A stretch of DNA of 64,000 bases from a virus: IMG/VR virus record IMGVR_UViG_3300029309_000001, positions 32,001-96,000 of that record; one strand, written 5' to 3'. Both the position numbers and the translations under genes were made by a program. Positions 41,501 through 50,100 of the stretch are shown here, one piece after another (the first letter of the stretch is position 1; every line of letters starts with the position of its first letter). Below the pieces are notes generated by a model. The model had not been told where the DNA came from. It was given only the letters and a program-made list of their open reading frames with translations, and made no database searches.

Positions 41501-43113
41501 AATTCATATCCAACTATATTAGTTATAAGATTTCCATCATTATCTCTTGGCCATGGTATATTTGTAAATTCTACTGCAAGATTAAATATAGAAGCTCCTC
41601 CTGGTGAAGATGTAGCTGTTGTTCCATCTGGTACACTATTATCATCTGGCATTTTATGATGTCTAATAGGTTGACCACATAAACCGCCATATCTTATTTG
41701 ATCTTGAGGATATAATTCTGTTGACTCCCAATAAGCCATTGCACCTCTAGTTCTAATAATACCACCATCTGGTTGTGTTTGATTTATATTAACTGAAGTA
41801 GGAAATGCTGTATTATATACTTTAAATACTGGATCTGTTGGATCTAATGCATTTGGATCACCACCTATAACTGTACGTTCATCTACAGCTATACCACCTG
41901 CATTAAAAGGTACAGATGCTCTACCTGGTATATGATATGAAGAAGAACGTTCACCTGTATTATATATAAATCTTATAAAGAATGTATATACTTCATCTCT
42001 TAAAAATGAAGGTTTATTACCGCCATTATAATAATAATCTACAGGATATTCAACAGATACCCAATTAGTTTGTATTTGATTTGCTAATGGTTGATAGTTA
42101 AAATCAAATTGTTCTGTAGGTTGTGTTCTTACTAAATAATCATTTACAACAAACATTCCTTTTGACTTTTCATATGCTGGTCTTCTTAAAGGAAGAAAAT
42201 CAAGAGGAAGTGATTTTAATGCTTGATTTAAATAATCTAATTTAATAGTAGTTTGTTCTGTACTATAATTTCCAACAACATATGCTTTTACTTCTGATAC
42301 AACATCTGTTAATAATACTAATTGATATTGATCAAATTCTGTATCTAAATTAGATAAAGTTAATATTAATGACCCTGAAGTATCATCATGATCAAACAAT
42401 GGTTGTACATTAGATATACCTATATAATCTCCATATACTTGATCATTAATTGTATATGCTATAAATGCTTGATATGATCCATTTCTTAATTGTCCTCCTT
42501 CAGGAGCCTTTTGTAAATCAAGACATGGTGTATCAATTAATGGAGCTAATCTAATTCTTTCACAATCTAATGTTAATGGTTGTATGTTTTCTCTTACTAC
42601 ACAAGCAGCACCAGGAGCTGATGTTATTATTTGTACATAAGGAGGTTCATCTAATATTATTGTTCTAGAAGGATTTAAACCGTCATCCCAATATAGTTGC
42701 CATTTACATTCAAAATTTTCTTTAGCAGCACCTATAATTAAATTATCAGTACTAAAATTTAAACAAGGATCATTTATTAATCTTGTATATTCACATTTAC
42801 TATCATCAAACACCCCTATTTCTGAAGATATATTATCTGTTGAATAAACAGCCCACTGATCACCATAAATATGTATTGAACCAATTATTGTATATGGTAT
42901 TTCTGCACATTCAAAATTTGCTGGCTCATTACCTATTACACCTGTATCTCCATCTATAGAATTATTTATAGCATTAACTGCATGCTCCCATACTTCTTTA
43001 CTTGCTATAGATGCAAAGGTATCTTTTACCATACCTTTCATAAATAGATTAGATTCTACAGATGAGGTCTTTTGTGGTAACTGTGGATTTTGATTCTTTT
43101 TCTTTTTAGCCAT
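35527..43113 (-). CDS. Muzzle / tail stabilization (tail tubular) protein with two inserted vWA domains
   Basis: 2528 aa. N-terminal FMKGMVKD...GNEPAN, FLRDEVYTFFIRF...SYHIPG and WTVSYDPKAKAWISFHDWHP are typical of crAss-like muzzle/stabilization proteins. MIDAS motifs DASAS (38476-38490) and DYSGS (37084-37098). Confidence 0.75.
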   Translation of the reverse strand: MAKKKKNQNPQLPQKTSSVESNLFMKGMVKDTFASIASKEVWEHAVNAINNSIDGDTGVIGNEPANFECAEIPYTIIGSIHIYGDQWAVYSTDNISSEIGVFDDSKCEYTRLINDPCLNFSTDNLIIGAAKENFECKWQLYWDDGLNPSRTIILDEPPYVQIITSAPGAACVVRENIQPLTLDCERIRLAPLIDTPCLDLQKAPEGGQLRNGSYQAFIAYTINDQVYGDYIGISNVQPLFDHDDTSGSLILTLSNLDTEFDQYQLVLLTDVVSEVKAYVVGNYSTEQTTIKLDYLNQALKSLPLDFLPLRRPAYEKSKGMFVVNDYLVRTQPTEQFDFNYQPLANQIQTNWVSVEYPVDYYYNGGNKPSFLRDEVYTFFIRFIYNTGERSSSYHIPGRASVPFNAGGIAVDERTVIGGDPNALDPTDPVFKVYNTAFPTSVNINQTQPDGGIIRTRGAMAYWESTELYPQDQIRYGGLCGQPIRHHKMPDDNSVPDGTTATSSPGGASIFNLAVEFTNIPWPRDNDGNLITNIVGYEFLVGTREGNKSILGKGILKNMEAYAPTETASGDGTTQFFIPNYPFNDLGADPYLRSPGNLGTPTDPTGTVSIQSWGTGMQNWLQGTDLGPHTGNFGGQINTFSNNVHTFHSPELMFNRPFLNAYELKSYGVLTGNAKGRFQKSEKHPGEKLLRNSTAILAAFIGIGYAMYEMRGPIDRKITTGQSYNMGQERGQAQTGNSTNIVMTPGNAFANGWSATANATSPSFNETTTARSGGQTGAAPHASGWAGGNGNWLTSGAITDRTNATGGTPGMGTGRTLGDAALIVGGGAFGSAAQAADQGAINLAQNTRWNTAGTIGPKAERIYKGSRFTQTPGIIGLLGGAQTFLNYVATGGQEIIDLIYNLCSFQDFAMKYNSHGWYRNMNQLPGGTVFRHSIDTARYLKGSISQLNANIRINNLNRPTTVAVNLDGAGLQNPAQLGFNDNSKFTIGTVPAGAGIADHTNPGSPSTTNIAAHYCAMKFNIDNQYGQLDSIRQIPMRGCVEFFADQLPTDASGNPIISTLTRFNTQQPLFGGDVYINRYTEKAIMPFFWDYLDDNERDGFVFDYRKYPNVPFPTYWMNTEQYRLDELTKAIGGMGWLFGGANTFQNAMPNDYYYLDRDLNALGTLGFFGATGGRGNLFHITEGFMYLHCNGVNDFFVESEINLAFRDWGEDMEKRHYDRLEYSDLTSLFHVDHIKKGNFYKYDKALSIDQFITRTTSFGNIQPRYYDPLVAETCYTTYEKRLIYSLQAKKEAKKDFWRVFLPLNYKEFKDTINTIKPISGYGAMVLFPRMSPKIFTGNDQLTTDAGTKITVGDGGLFVDRNFREVVNSDVSHEYGSSESSRGVLNTPMGLFYISQEQGKIFQTSGQGLINITNTGMKWWFNKYLPSQLLAAFPEIEDCPQIIDNPVTAAGCQTVYDTNNDIVYFSKRDWNVSEQYTNSPCIEYVPCDGFYYNETACSGVAQNITCPDGFTYNPATQMCEKSYTDVPFGPPAPPCEFDIMIVTDASASVNTQNNVASMRNLVTGLTNAFRNSMDLGFTKMGIMAFGTRAWDGVYSQLPIDVQPGNINDALATPQGLTFNDNLISQTDPSAVTPTNPSGIMGGWINSYNVGTGQTIRQGTNVADGLWSGINELFNPANARVGIPKKLVFLYDGFSSVANVNNTCYPFPAPNPFWFVNRPNQLTSPPMCCPTCPPGAGAQSAINAPHVAVPVTPPMVNLGGNSHASFASQGFDDDIIQWLQANVHVNPQYQDSANPNFIGQLEIIPGWLRNNNVPTQDQLDYAQAMAGNDFMTGDPNPFMAGNFQFDNIPGIVADLAEAICPGVTPECGPNCSYNFVTEECDCFEQVDPIYEDVLTYIPFQLDNPTYFQDVSWTVSYDPKAKAWISFHDWHPELTFNSINHFMTSKTVTTEIPQCPPGYSFDPSVGECCITVTDSDPAFVEIDFTESIVTSVDTERSAFSEDLDVFFLNDYSGSTRPAANNTQVFQKQFINTCITLLSGGMDGGSAGTNNVQVGVANWSNNNTAGGNPSDYIVSPLNGNAATVTADVTAIPNNANGAATTYQAALNRLNDASMLGASTATRQVAIFITDADVACQNTANFPPNVEVYAVFASGNAPACGNAWENTINCMPPRGFNGNQGPSVCNVNHFAVDASNYGDVAQLIVDSLVSCNCPPNTVPDTPATIPCDPDPSAPLPQCVSCECPPGYTEVPAGQVCSSFNPPICKRVLCECPPIPVPDPSQATTWFEPGTQCDDLFLAGTPGYINPNPLICNYEYQQCVPANYEVGGIWKHNARNDLYANFYGQDYPWEITLIENSGQVVNTLRSVEYQMESYVYKNFNLPRPQQLIGTDKWHDLDWNFDEAVIFNSEQVSGLLTLDLSPKNNVPLLNQYPIINPPTDIQILYSKEEQKYRFNQFWDITDDRGEFSGIERSIWITRLNGYIKDLNQANLNYNKAELQRKKFRHYYNMLVLRKNVSGDRKMLLKLNNSKMNISFR

Positions 43114-43124
43114 TGTTATCTAAA

Positions 43125-44042
43125 TTATACTCTTCTTCTTGGTGCATGACTTGCAAACATATCATAATAATTATGATATTGTGCTTTTCTATTTACTTCC
43201 CAAATTTTTCTTACTTCTTCAAAATTTGGTGTATTTACAAAGCCAAGAGCATTATTTCTTGCAGCTCTTAATTTAACTTGAATTAATCCAAGTTGTTGTG
43301 CAACATTTTCTCCTTGGAAAATCATGTTTTCTAATATTCTTTCTTTTAGTGCATATTCATAATATTCATTACAATAAGGATGATCTAATACTAATAGTTC
43401 ACCATCATTATTTTCTAATATACCTTGATAACTTAAATATACTTTACCTGTTGTAAATGTTGTTAATAAATACCCATCTTGTATTTCTGCTAGATTATGA
43501 GATTGTGTATTTAAATTTGGACATTCACAACTTACATGAGATGTACTAGTTATACGTAAAGGAAAGAATGATGTATATTCTCTTACTGTAGATTCATTCA
43601 TTCTTTGAAGAACTATATATTCTCCACTAAATGTTGTAACACCTTTACCTCTATCTACTGGACATGTTTTAACAACACATACATTTTCACAATCTTCTGG
43701 TTTTGTACATACATGAGGTTGACTTGGATCTGGTGTCCACTTAGGTTGTGTTGTGTCAGTATGAGTTCCAGATGGTGCAGTATTTACTATTTGATATTCA
43801 CTACAAACAAATGCATAATTAAGAGTTTTAAAATCTGAAGGCATTTGTGCTTTATTATGTTCAACATCAATAATTGATTCTTTACTTTGATGTATTCTTA
43901 AACCTAAATCATAATTAACTCTTGTTGCTACTTTAATTAATTGTTGAGGTTCAATCATACCTTCAAGATCATATGTAGAAAAATCTACTTTAACATCTTC
44001 TAGCAATTGATCAAATGTTCTATATTTATGTGATATGGCCAT
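43125..44042 (-). CDS. Putative tail ring / head-tail adaptor protein
   Basis: 305 aa directly upstream of the muzzle. GKVYLSYQG...DGELLVLDHPYCNEYYEYAL resembles adaptor/ring proteins. Called mainly by synteny. Confidence 0.55.
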   Translation of the reverse strand: MAISHKYRTFDQLLEDVKVDFSTYDLEGMIEPQQLIKVATRVNYDLGLRIHQSKESIIDVEHNKAQMPSDFKTLNYAFVCSEYQIVNTAPSGTHTDTTQPKWTPDPSQPHVCTKPEDCENVCVVKTCPVDRGKGVTTFSGEYIVLQRMNESTVREYTSFFPLRITSTSHVSCECPNLNTQSHNLAEIQDGYLLTTFTTGKVYLSYQGILENNDGELLVLDHPYCNEYYEYALKERILENMIFQGENVAQQLGLIQVKLRAARNNALGFVNTPNFEEVRKIWEVNRKAQYHNYYDMFASHAPRRRV

Positions 44043-44044
44043 GT

Positions 44045-44719
44045 TTATTCTCTATTTAGATTTTTATTGTTTTGTGAATCTTCTTGAGGTATTTGTAATC
44101 TAGCAACTAATGTTTGCATTATTTGAGCTTCTATTTCAGTGTAAAGAAATTCAGGTATATTAATTTGTTGTTTATATCTAGGTCTACAATCATCTTCTAT
44201 ATCATCTGTAAACTTAGATATATCTTCTTCAAAAACACCTTCTAGTTTTATTGCATCCCAATCTACATTAGGTAAATAAATGTAATCATTTAAAAACCAA
44301 AAGTATTTATATTTATTATATCTAAAAGAAGTAGTTTTACTCATTGATGCAAAAGTACCTGGTTGTGTAGGATGACATTCTATTGATCCATCTATAGATG
44401 ATATTGTTCTAATTAAAGGTCCCCAATAACCTTCAAAAAATGTAGGCAATTTGTCTTTTGTTCTTTTTATAGTCATACCACTTTTTATACCTGCACATTC
44501 TGCTTCAACTTTATCTACATCTATTAATTCTAAAAAAGGTAAAGTTTGCCACACACTATTAAATTTCATAAGTTTATTAGCATTATCCTGCCTTCTCATT
44601 AGTGTTTGTGCAAACTTTATTACCATGCTATAAAGAAATCTATCTGTTACAAATGCATCTTGTACATTTCCTTTTATTTGATTTCTTACTCTTGATATAA
44701 TATCTCCTATAGTTGTCAT
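44045..44719 (-). CDS. Putative tail ring protein
   Basis: 224 aa. Helical start (IGDIISRVRNQIK) and YFWFLNDYIYLPN...LEGVFEE. Position in the tail block. Confidence 0.55.
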   Translation of the reverse strand: MTTIGDIISRVRNQIKGNVQDAFVTDRFLYSMVIKFAQTLMRRQDNANKLMKFNSVWQTLPFLELIDVDKVEAECAGIKSGMTIKRTKDKLPTFFEGYWGPLIRTISSIDGSIECHPTQPGTFASMSKTTSFRYNKYKYFWFLNDYIYLPNVDWDAIKLEGVFEEDISKFTDDIEDDCRPRYKQQINIPEFLYTEIEAQIMQTLVARLQIPQEDSQNNKNLNRE

Positions 44720-44720
44720 T

Positions 44721-45239
44721 TTATTCTTTTTTATACATGTCCGCTACTCTTTTTTTATTACCCATTACAATATATTTTTTCCATTGTTTTGGATATTTTT
44801 TTGCAACAGCTCTTTTAAATTGTCTTATTGCGGTAAATTGCCAAAGCTCTCTATTTTTAAAACGGTATTTAGTTGAGTAGTTAGTATAAAAAATCTTACC
44901 TATATTTCCATTTGTTTCCCAGTTTTTATTTTGAATTACTTTACCGTATTCTTTTGAAACTGAATAATTAGTGTTTACACTTTTAGGAGGAGGGCAAGTT
45001 CCTATAAATAAATATCCTAAACTATCAGGTAGTTTAACACCGTTTCTATTATCTATTACATTATTCCATATTTTACCATTAAAAGATTTAATTATTTTTT
45101 TAAGTTTATCATCATCTATGTTTGAATATATAGGAAACTTCTCTTTAAAATCAGTTAAAGTTTTTAAGTTTAGCAGCCCATATACTTTTTCTCTATACCT
45201 AGGTTTATTTAAATTAGGTTTTTTAAAATTGTTTAACAT
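44721..45239 (-). CDS. Basic HU/IHF-like DNA-binding protein (crAss IHF-like gene)
   Basis: 172 aa, very Lys-rich. IIKSFNGKIWNNVIDNRNGVKLPDSLGYLFI echoes the HU/IHF helix-strand (V-x-L-x-x-x-G) pattern. Lies in the crAss-like tail block. Confidence 0.5.
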   Translation of the reverse strand: MLNNFKKPNLNKPRYREKVYGLLNLKTLTDFKEKFPIYSNIDDDKLKKIIKSFNGKIWNNVIDNRNGVKLPDSLGYLFIGTCPPPKSVNTNYSVSKEYGKVIQNKNWETNGNIGKIFYTNYSTKYRFKNRELWQFTAIRQFKRAVAKKYPKQWKKYIVMGNKKRVADMYKKE

Positions 45240-45253
45240 ACATTATACAGTTA

Positions 45254-45265
45254 TAATTTACAAAA
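45254..45265 (-). promoter_or_regulatory. Phage promoter-like motif (variant TTTTGTAAATTA)
   Basis: Intergenic. Minus strand TTTTGTAAATTATAACTGTATA. Confidence 0.55.
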
Positions 45266-45285
45266 AATAAGTGATTTATTCAAGT

Positions 45286-46467
45286 TTATTCTGGTGAATA
45301 TGTGAGTTCACAAATCTCACCTTTATCTGGTGTATGAAGAGATAATACTCCAGATCTTCTAGATCCTACAAATTTATTATGATAATGATAATAATCTGTT
45401 TTAGAAAGACTTGGTAAAATCTTTAAAGTAAATCCAGTATTTTCATGTTGTGTAATATATTCTATTTTCTTTTTATGATGGTAATGTCCTGTATATAAAG
45501 TTCTATATAATGTCTTACCCCATTCTCTAGGATATTCCATAGAATATAATAATAATGAATTTTTAGTATTTACATCACCATGCTCAAATGCAAAAAAGTT
45601 ATCTCCATATGTAAACACTTTTCTTTCAAGATATACTACATCCCATAATATTTTTTTATCTTTAAAACATTTTGAAAGTGCATGTGCTAAATGAAATGAT
45701 GAAAGTCTATCATGATTACCTGGTATATATACTATTTGTAACTTATCACAAAATTGTTTTAAATAATTTATACTCCATTGTAAAGCATCAAAAGCTTGCA
45801 TATAAGCTTCAGTAGATGTCATACAATTATCTAAAGGTGTACCACTTGTAGTAGTACCATTCCATGTATCCATATTTATTAAATCTCCACCTATTACATA
45901 ATAAAGTTTTTCTATATAATGAGATTTACTTGCTCTTTCTGCAAGATCAATAATAGTTTCTTCAAAATCTTTATCTATAGTTTCATTACCTTCTTTACCA
46001 AAATGTATATCCTGTAAAGATAAAACTCCAGCTGTTTTAGTTTTACCTGGAGTTTTTATTCTTTTAACTAATTTATGTTTTTTTGGTTTAAAATCTTTTA
46101 ATAATTCTGCTACATTATCTACTTCATTATCTTTTAATTTTGTAACCATTGCTGATACACGCCAATGATCACCCATTTGTTTATTCCAATAGCTAGATAA
46201 TTTCCATTGTGTAGTATCTATATTTAATATATCAATTATTTCTTCAGGAGATTTTGGTTCAGAAGAACTCATTGTTTCCATTTTTGCTTCTCCTTTTTCT
46301 ATATTATATTCATATGATGTAGCTGAATTTTCTAATAATTCTTGTGACTTAACATAATCTTTTAATTTGTCATAGTCTTCTATTGTGATGTTTAATTTAT
46401 CAGCACAATAATCTGATGTTTTTTTCCATTTAAATGATGCTTTGATTTTGTCAAATAATGAATCCAT
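45286..46467 (-). CDS. Calcineurin-like metallophosphoesterase
   Basis: 393 aa with the five motifs in order: DIHFG, GGDLIN, PGNHD, FEHGD, TGHYHH. Confidence 0.85.
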   Translation of the reverse strand: MDSLFDKIKASFKWKKTSDYCADKLNITIEDYDKLKDYVKSQELLENSATSYEYNIEKGEAKMETMSSSEPKSPEEIIDILNIDTTQWKLSSYWNKQMGDHWRVSAMVTKLKDNEVDNVAELLKDFKPKKHKLVKRIKTPGKTKTAGVLSLQDIHFGKEGNETIDKDFEETIIDLAERASKSHYIEKLYYVIGGDLINMDTWNGTTTSGTPLDNCMTSTEAYMQAFDALQWSINYLKQFCDKLQIVYIPGNHDRLSSFHLAHALSKCFKDKKILWDVVYLERKVFTYGDNFFAFEHGDVNTKNSLLLYSMEYPREWGKTLYRTLYTGHYHHKKKIEYITQHENTGFTLKILPSLSKTDYYHYHNKFVGSRRSGVLSLHTPDKGEICELTYSPE

Positions 46468-46495
46468 GTATTTTATTTTTTAGTTAATATGTTTG

Positions 46496-46503
46496 CAAAG
46501 ATA
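46496..46503 (-). promoter_or_regulatory. Bacteroidota -7 promoter element (TAnnTTTG) for the phosphoesterase
   Basis: Minus strand TATCTTTGC, about 28 nt before the ATG and just after a terminator. Confidence 0.6.
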
Positions 46504-46524
46504 TAAAAAGTTTAATATATAATA

Positions 46525-46554
46525 GAAAAGGTCCCATTTTCACAGGACCTTTTC
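46525..46554 (-). terminator. Intrinsic terminator (possibly bidirectional)
   Basis: Perfect 10 bp inverted repeat GAAAAGGTCC-N10-GGACCTTTTC. Confidence 0.7.
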
Positions 46555-46597
46555 GGCAAACAAGCAATGAAAACCAACAAAACACTACTTACTTTTG

Positions 46598-47152
46598 CTA
46601 TATTGTTGTTGAACAGTATGTTTCTACAGAACCATATAATGTACCACCTACACTTGCATCTACTTGAAATTTATAACTTGTATTAGGTGATAAACCAGTT
46701 ACAGTAAATGAAGCTGTTGATGTTGCTATACCTGTTCCACTTGGAGCTGCAGAATATGCACCTGCCGTTGCTATTTTAAATTTTACATTTAATGATGCTG
46801 CTGATGTAGGTACACCTGCCCATCCTAATGTTACTGTTGTTGATGTTTTATTAATTACATATAAATATTGTACAGATTTAGTTGCTGTATTTGGATCTTT
46901 TAAGAATAATGCTACTCTTTGCATTATAGCAGATAACCTTTCTCCTTTTGCAATAGTAAATATATTACCTGCACCATCTTGTGCTTCAATAGTATCTTGA
47001 CACCAAGTTATACATTCCATACATAAACATTCTGCACACTTTTCTACATTAACTCCTGTACATTGTGAGTATGCACAAGGTGTTGTTAATCCTGTGTCAT
47101 TGCATGCACAAGGTGTTGATTTACAGTTACTAGAATTACAATTACAAGCCAT
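46598..47152 (-). CDS. Cys-rich N-terminus plus fibronectin type III domain protein (fibre accessory)
   Basis: 184 aa. MACNCNSSNCKSTPCAC... followed by FN3 hallmarks TSTTVTLGW and FTVTGLSPNTSYKFQV. It is the only gene here ending in TAG. Confidence 0.7.
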   Translation of the reverse strand: MACNCNSSNCKSTPCACNDTGLTTPCAYSQCTGVNVEKCAECLCMECITWCQDTIEAQDGAGNIFTIAKGERLSAIMQRVALFLKDPNTATKSVQYLYVINKTSTTVTLGWAGVPTSAASLNVKFKIATAGAYSAAPSGTGIATSTASFTVTGLSPNTSYKFQVDASVGGTLYGSVETYCSTTI

Positions 47153-47170
47153 TTTATTTATTTTTTAATA

Positions 47171-50100
47171 TTATGAACATACAGTTTCATTTTTCCAATG
47201 TGGATATGTTCTAGAGTATTGAGCTACTGCTTTACCTGCTGAACCATCACATCTAGCATAATATCTATTATGAATAAGTTCTACTCTATAATCTTTTCCA
47301 GTTGCTCCTGCTGTAGTTGTATAAACTTTACATGTAGGGTCAAATTGTGTTCCTGTTTTATTATACATATTTATACAAGATCCGCCACCTTTTGCTGCTT
47401 CACCACAAGCACCTGCTACAGTATTAGTTCCAATTGGAGCAGTTCCATATTGAGCACCTGCACCTCCCATTTGAGAATATGCACCTGCAGTTGGTATTGC
47501 TGAAGCACCTACAACAGAATCTAAACAAAGTAATTTTTTTAATTCTGCTGTATATGGATCATTTAGGTTAGCACCTGTTACAGGAATTTCAAAATAACCA
47601 TCCATATAAGGAACAATAGTTATATTAAGATTTACTAATGGAGCTAATGCATTACTATTTGATGTAGTAACTGTAGCATTATATGGATTAGCATTAGTAT
47701 CTAAATTAGCTTTCCAATTAGAAATACCTTCTACATTAAAGTAATCTGATCCAAATCTATAAGCGTTATATTCATTTGCAGTAAGAGCTGCAGTAGTTCC
47801 ATTAGCTGTTGCATTACAAGCTAATATCATTTGTCTTATTAATGCTTTATCACTAGCATCTGCACCAGCATGTAATCCAGTTTGTTTAGGTATTACATAA
47901 TGGCCATCACATCTATAAATTGCATTAGTAAGTATTGGATACTCTGAATTAAGAGCTACAGTTTCTGAAGCTGCCCATGTAGATGGACCTTTAAATGTTC
48001 CTGCATCTCCTGTAGTATTTCTATTATTATCTACAAGAATATTCATTACATCATCATAATCATCTTTAAATCTTGCAGTTGGAGCACTAGGTGCTGCTGA
48101 TGCATTTGTTGTAGTATATAATGATACTGCTTCCTCAGATCCTTCAACTATAGATCTATAAGATTGTTGTACAAAAGAAAATAACATAAAGTTTGTTGAA
48201 AGTGAATTTGCAGTGTTACCCCACCATCCTGTTGGTGTAGTACTAGATGTATATACTTGTTTAATAGTATTCCAGTCTCCTGTAGTATTTAATGCTACAC
48301 CATCTCCTCTTAATGCTATAATTCTATGATGTGATAAATATGCAGCTTCTGAACCTACTTTTTGTTTTGTTCCATCAAAACCACCAGCTTTTAAAGGAAG
48401 TATATATAGTTTACCTGTATAACCAGAATATCTATTTGTTATTTCTGTATGAACTGCAGTCATAGATGTTTTAATAGCTGCTCCTTCTGCTGAAGTATAT
48501 TTATCTGTATCAATAAATACAACAAGATCAGTTGTTAAATGTGTTGCCCAGAATCCTCTTGAGAAAGAAGATGTATAATCTCCACTGTTTTTAGATCCTA
48601 TAGTTAATTTAGTTGTATTAGAATCTGTAGTTTTAAAACTTCCAGCTTGTATAGGTGCATAAGCAAATTGTTGTGTATTTGATGGTATTGGATTAGGAGT
48701 AAAACTATTTGTTCCAAATGATGCAGCACCTATATCATATATTAAATCTGAAGCCTGTACAGTATTACCATGCGCAATTTGATAATTATAACTAGTATTA
48801 AATGCATATTGTAAATCTGCATAAGGTACCCAATTTGTCCAAGCAGCTTGACTTATATTTACTTCATCACCTAAACATGAAAAATATGTTTGTGGTATAA
48901 TTGGTGCTGCTGATGCATCTGTATTTACTTCTGCATAAACATAATAATTTTTACCATTTGTTGATGTTATACCATCCATATATCTCCAACCATCACCTAA
49001 TGTATTAGTTGTTGTATCTGTTCTTGCTGTAGTAACTCCATTTGTAACAAGTGATTTAACTGGATTATTATAATCTAAAGATACACCTGTTGAAGTAATT
49101 TTTCCTGCTGCACATGGTGTTAATGTTTCTGCCCATATTGTATTATTTTTTAATACACCAGCAACTTCACCATCAGCAGTTGTAAATCCAGCAATATAAA
49201 TATCTCCCATATTTGTACCAGGATTTCTTACATCATCACAAGCCATTGCTATAAATGATCCTGCTGTTGAATATGCTAAATCTGTTGGAGTAGTTTTAAA
49301 TACTGCTGCTAATATTGTACTATCTGCACAAGTTGTTCCTGTAGTTGTTATAAGTTCTTTATTACAACTGTGTTCAAAGTTTCCTCCTTGTGTTAAACCA
49401 TAACTAACTTGTACTTGATATTGCTGACCCTGTGTTAAACCTGTAAATGAACCAGTCCAAGGACCTCTATTAGATGGATTATCTCTTACTTGACTAGCTA
49501 GAGTAGAACCTTTAGAATTCATTAATGTTATTCTAGCTGAATATTTACTTGGTAATTTTGAAGCATCTACAGTAAATGATATTGTAGTTGTTCCTGCTGT
49601 TAATGACATAGTTGGACATATATCAACATTAGTAATTGTTTTAGTTGTTGTATTAGCACATTGTACTCCTGCACCATTTGTAAAACAATATTCTACTGTT
49701 ACATCAAATGTTGCACTTGAACCATCTAAATTAGTTATACTTAAAGCTGTTCCTTCATTTGTATTTTGAAGTTGATGTATTTGTCTATTAAATACAGCTG
49801 AAGCTCCGTATGTATCTGTAACTGTTATTTTAGATCCATTAGATTTATCACAATCATAAAAAGATGATGGAACAGTAGTTTGTGTAAAGTTTATGTTTAT
49901 ACTTGTTGATAAACCTGGATCACCTGTTGCATTTGCAAAGAAACCATATGTAATATCACTACATGCAGATGGTATTACATCTTTTTGTAATGTTTCTAAT
50001 GCTTGTCTCATATCATTAATTACAATCCATGCATTTGTAAATGATTGTGCTAATGTAGATGGAGAATTAACAAAACCTGTAACAGTACTTAATGTTCCTG

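Noticed and set aside
46571-46581. 11-nt reverse complement between this 3' UTR and the scaffold leader (63324-63334) as an antisense RNA
   Set aside because: An 11-mer match is plausible by chance in low-complexity AT-rich intergenic DNA, and it does not extend.
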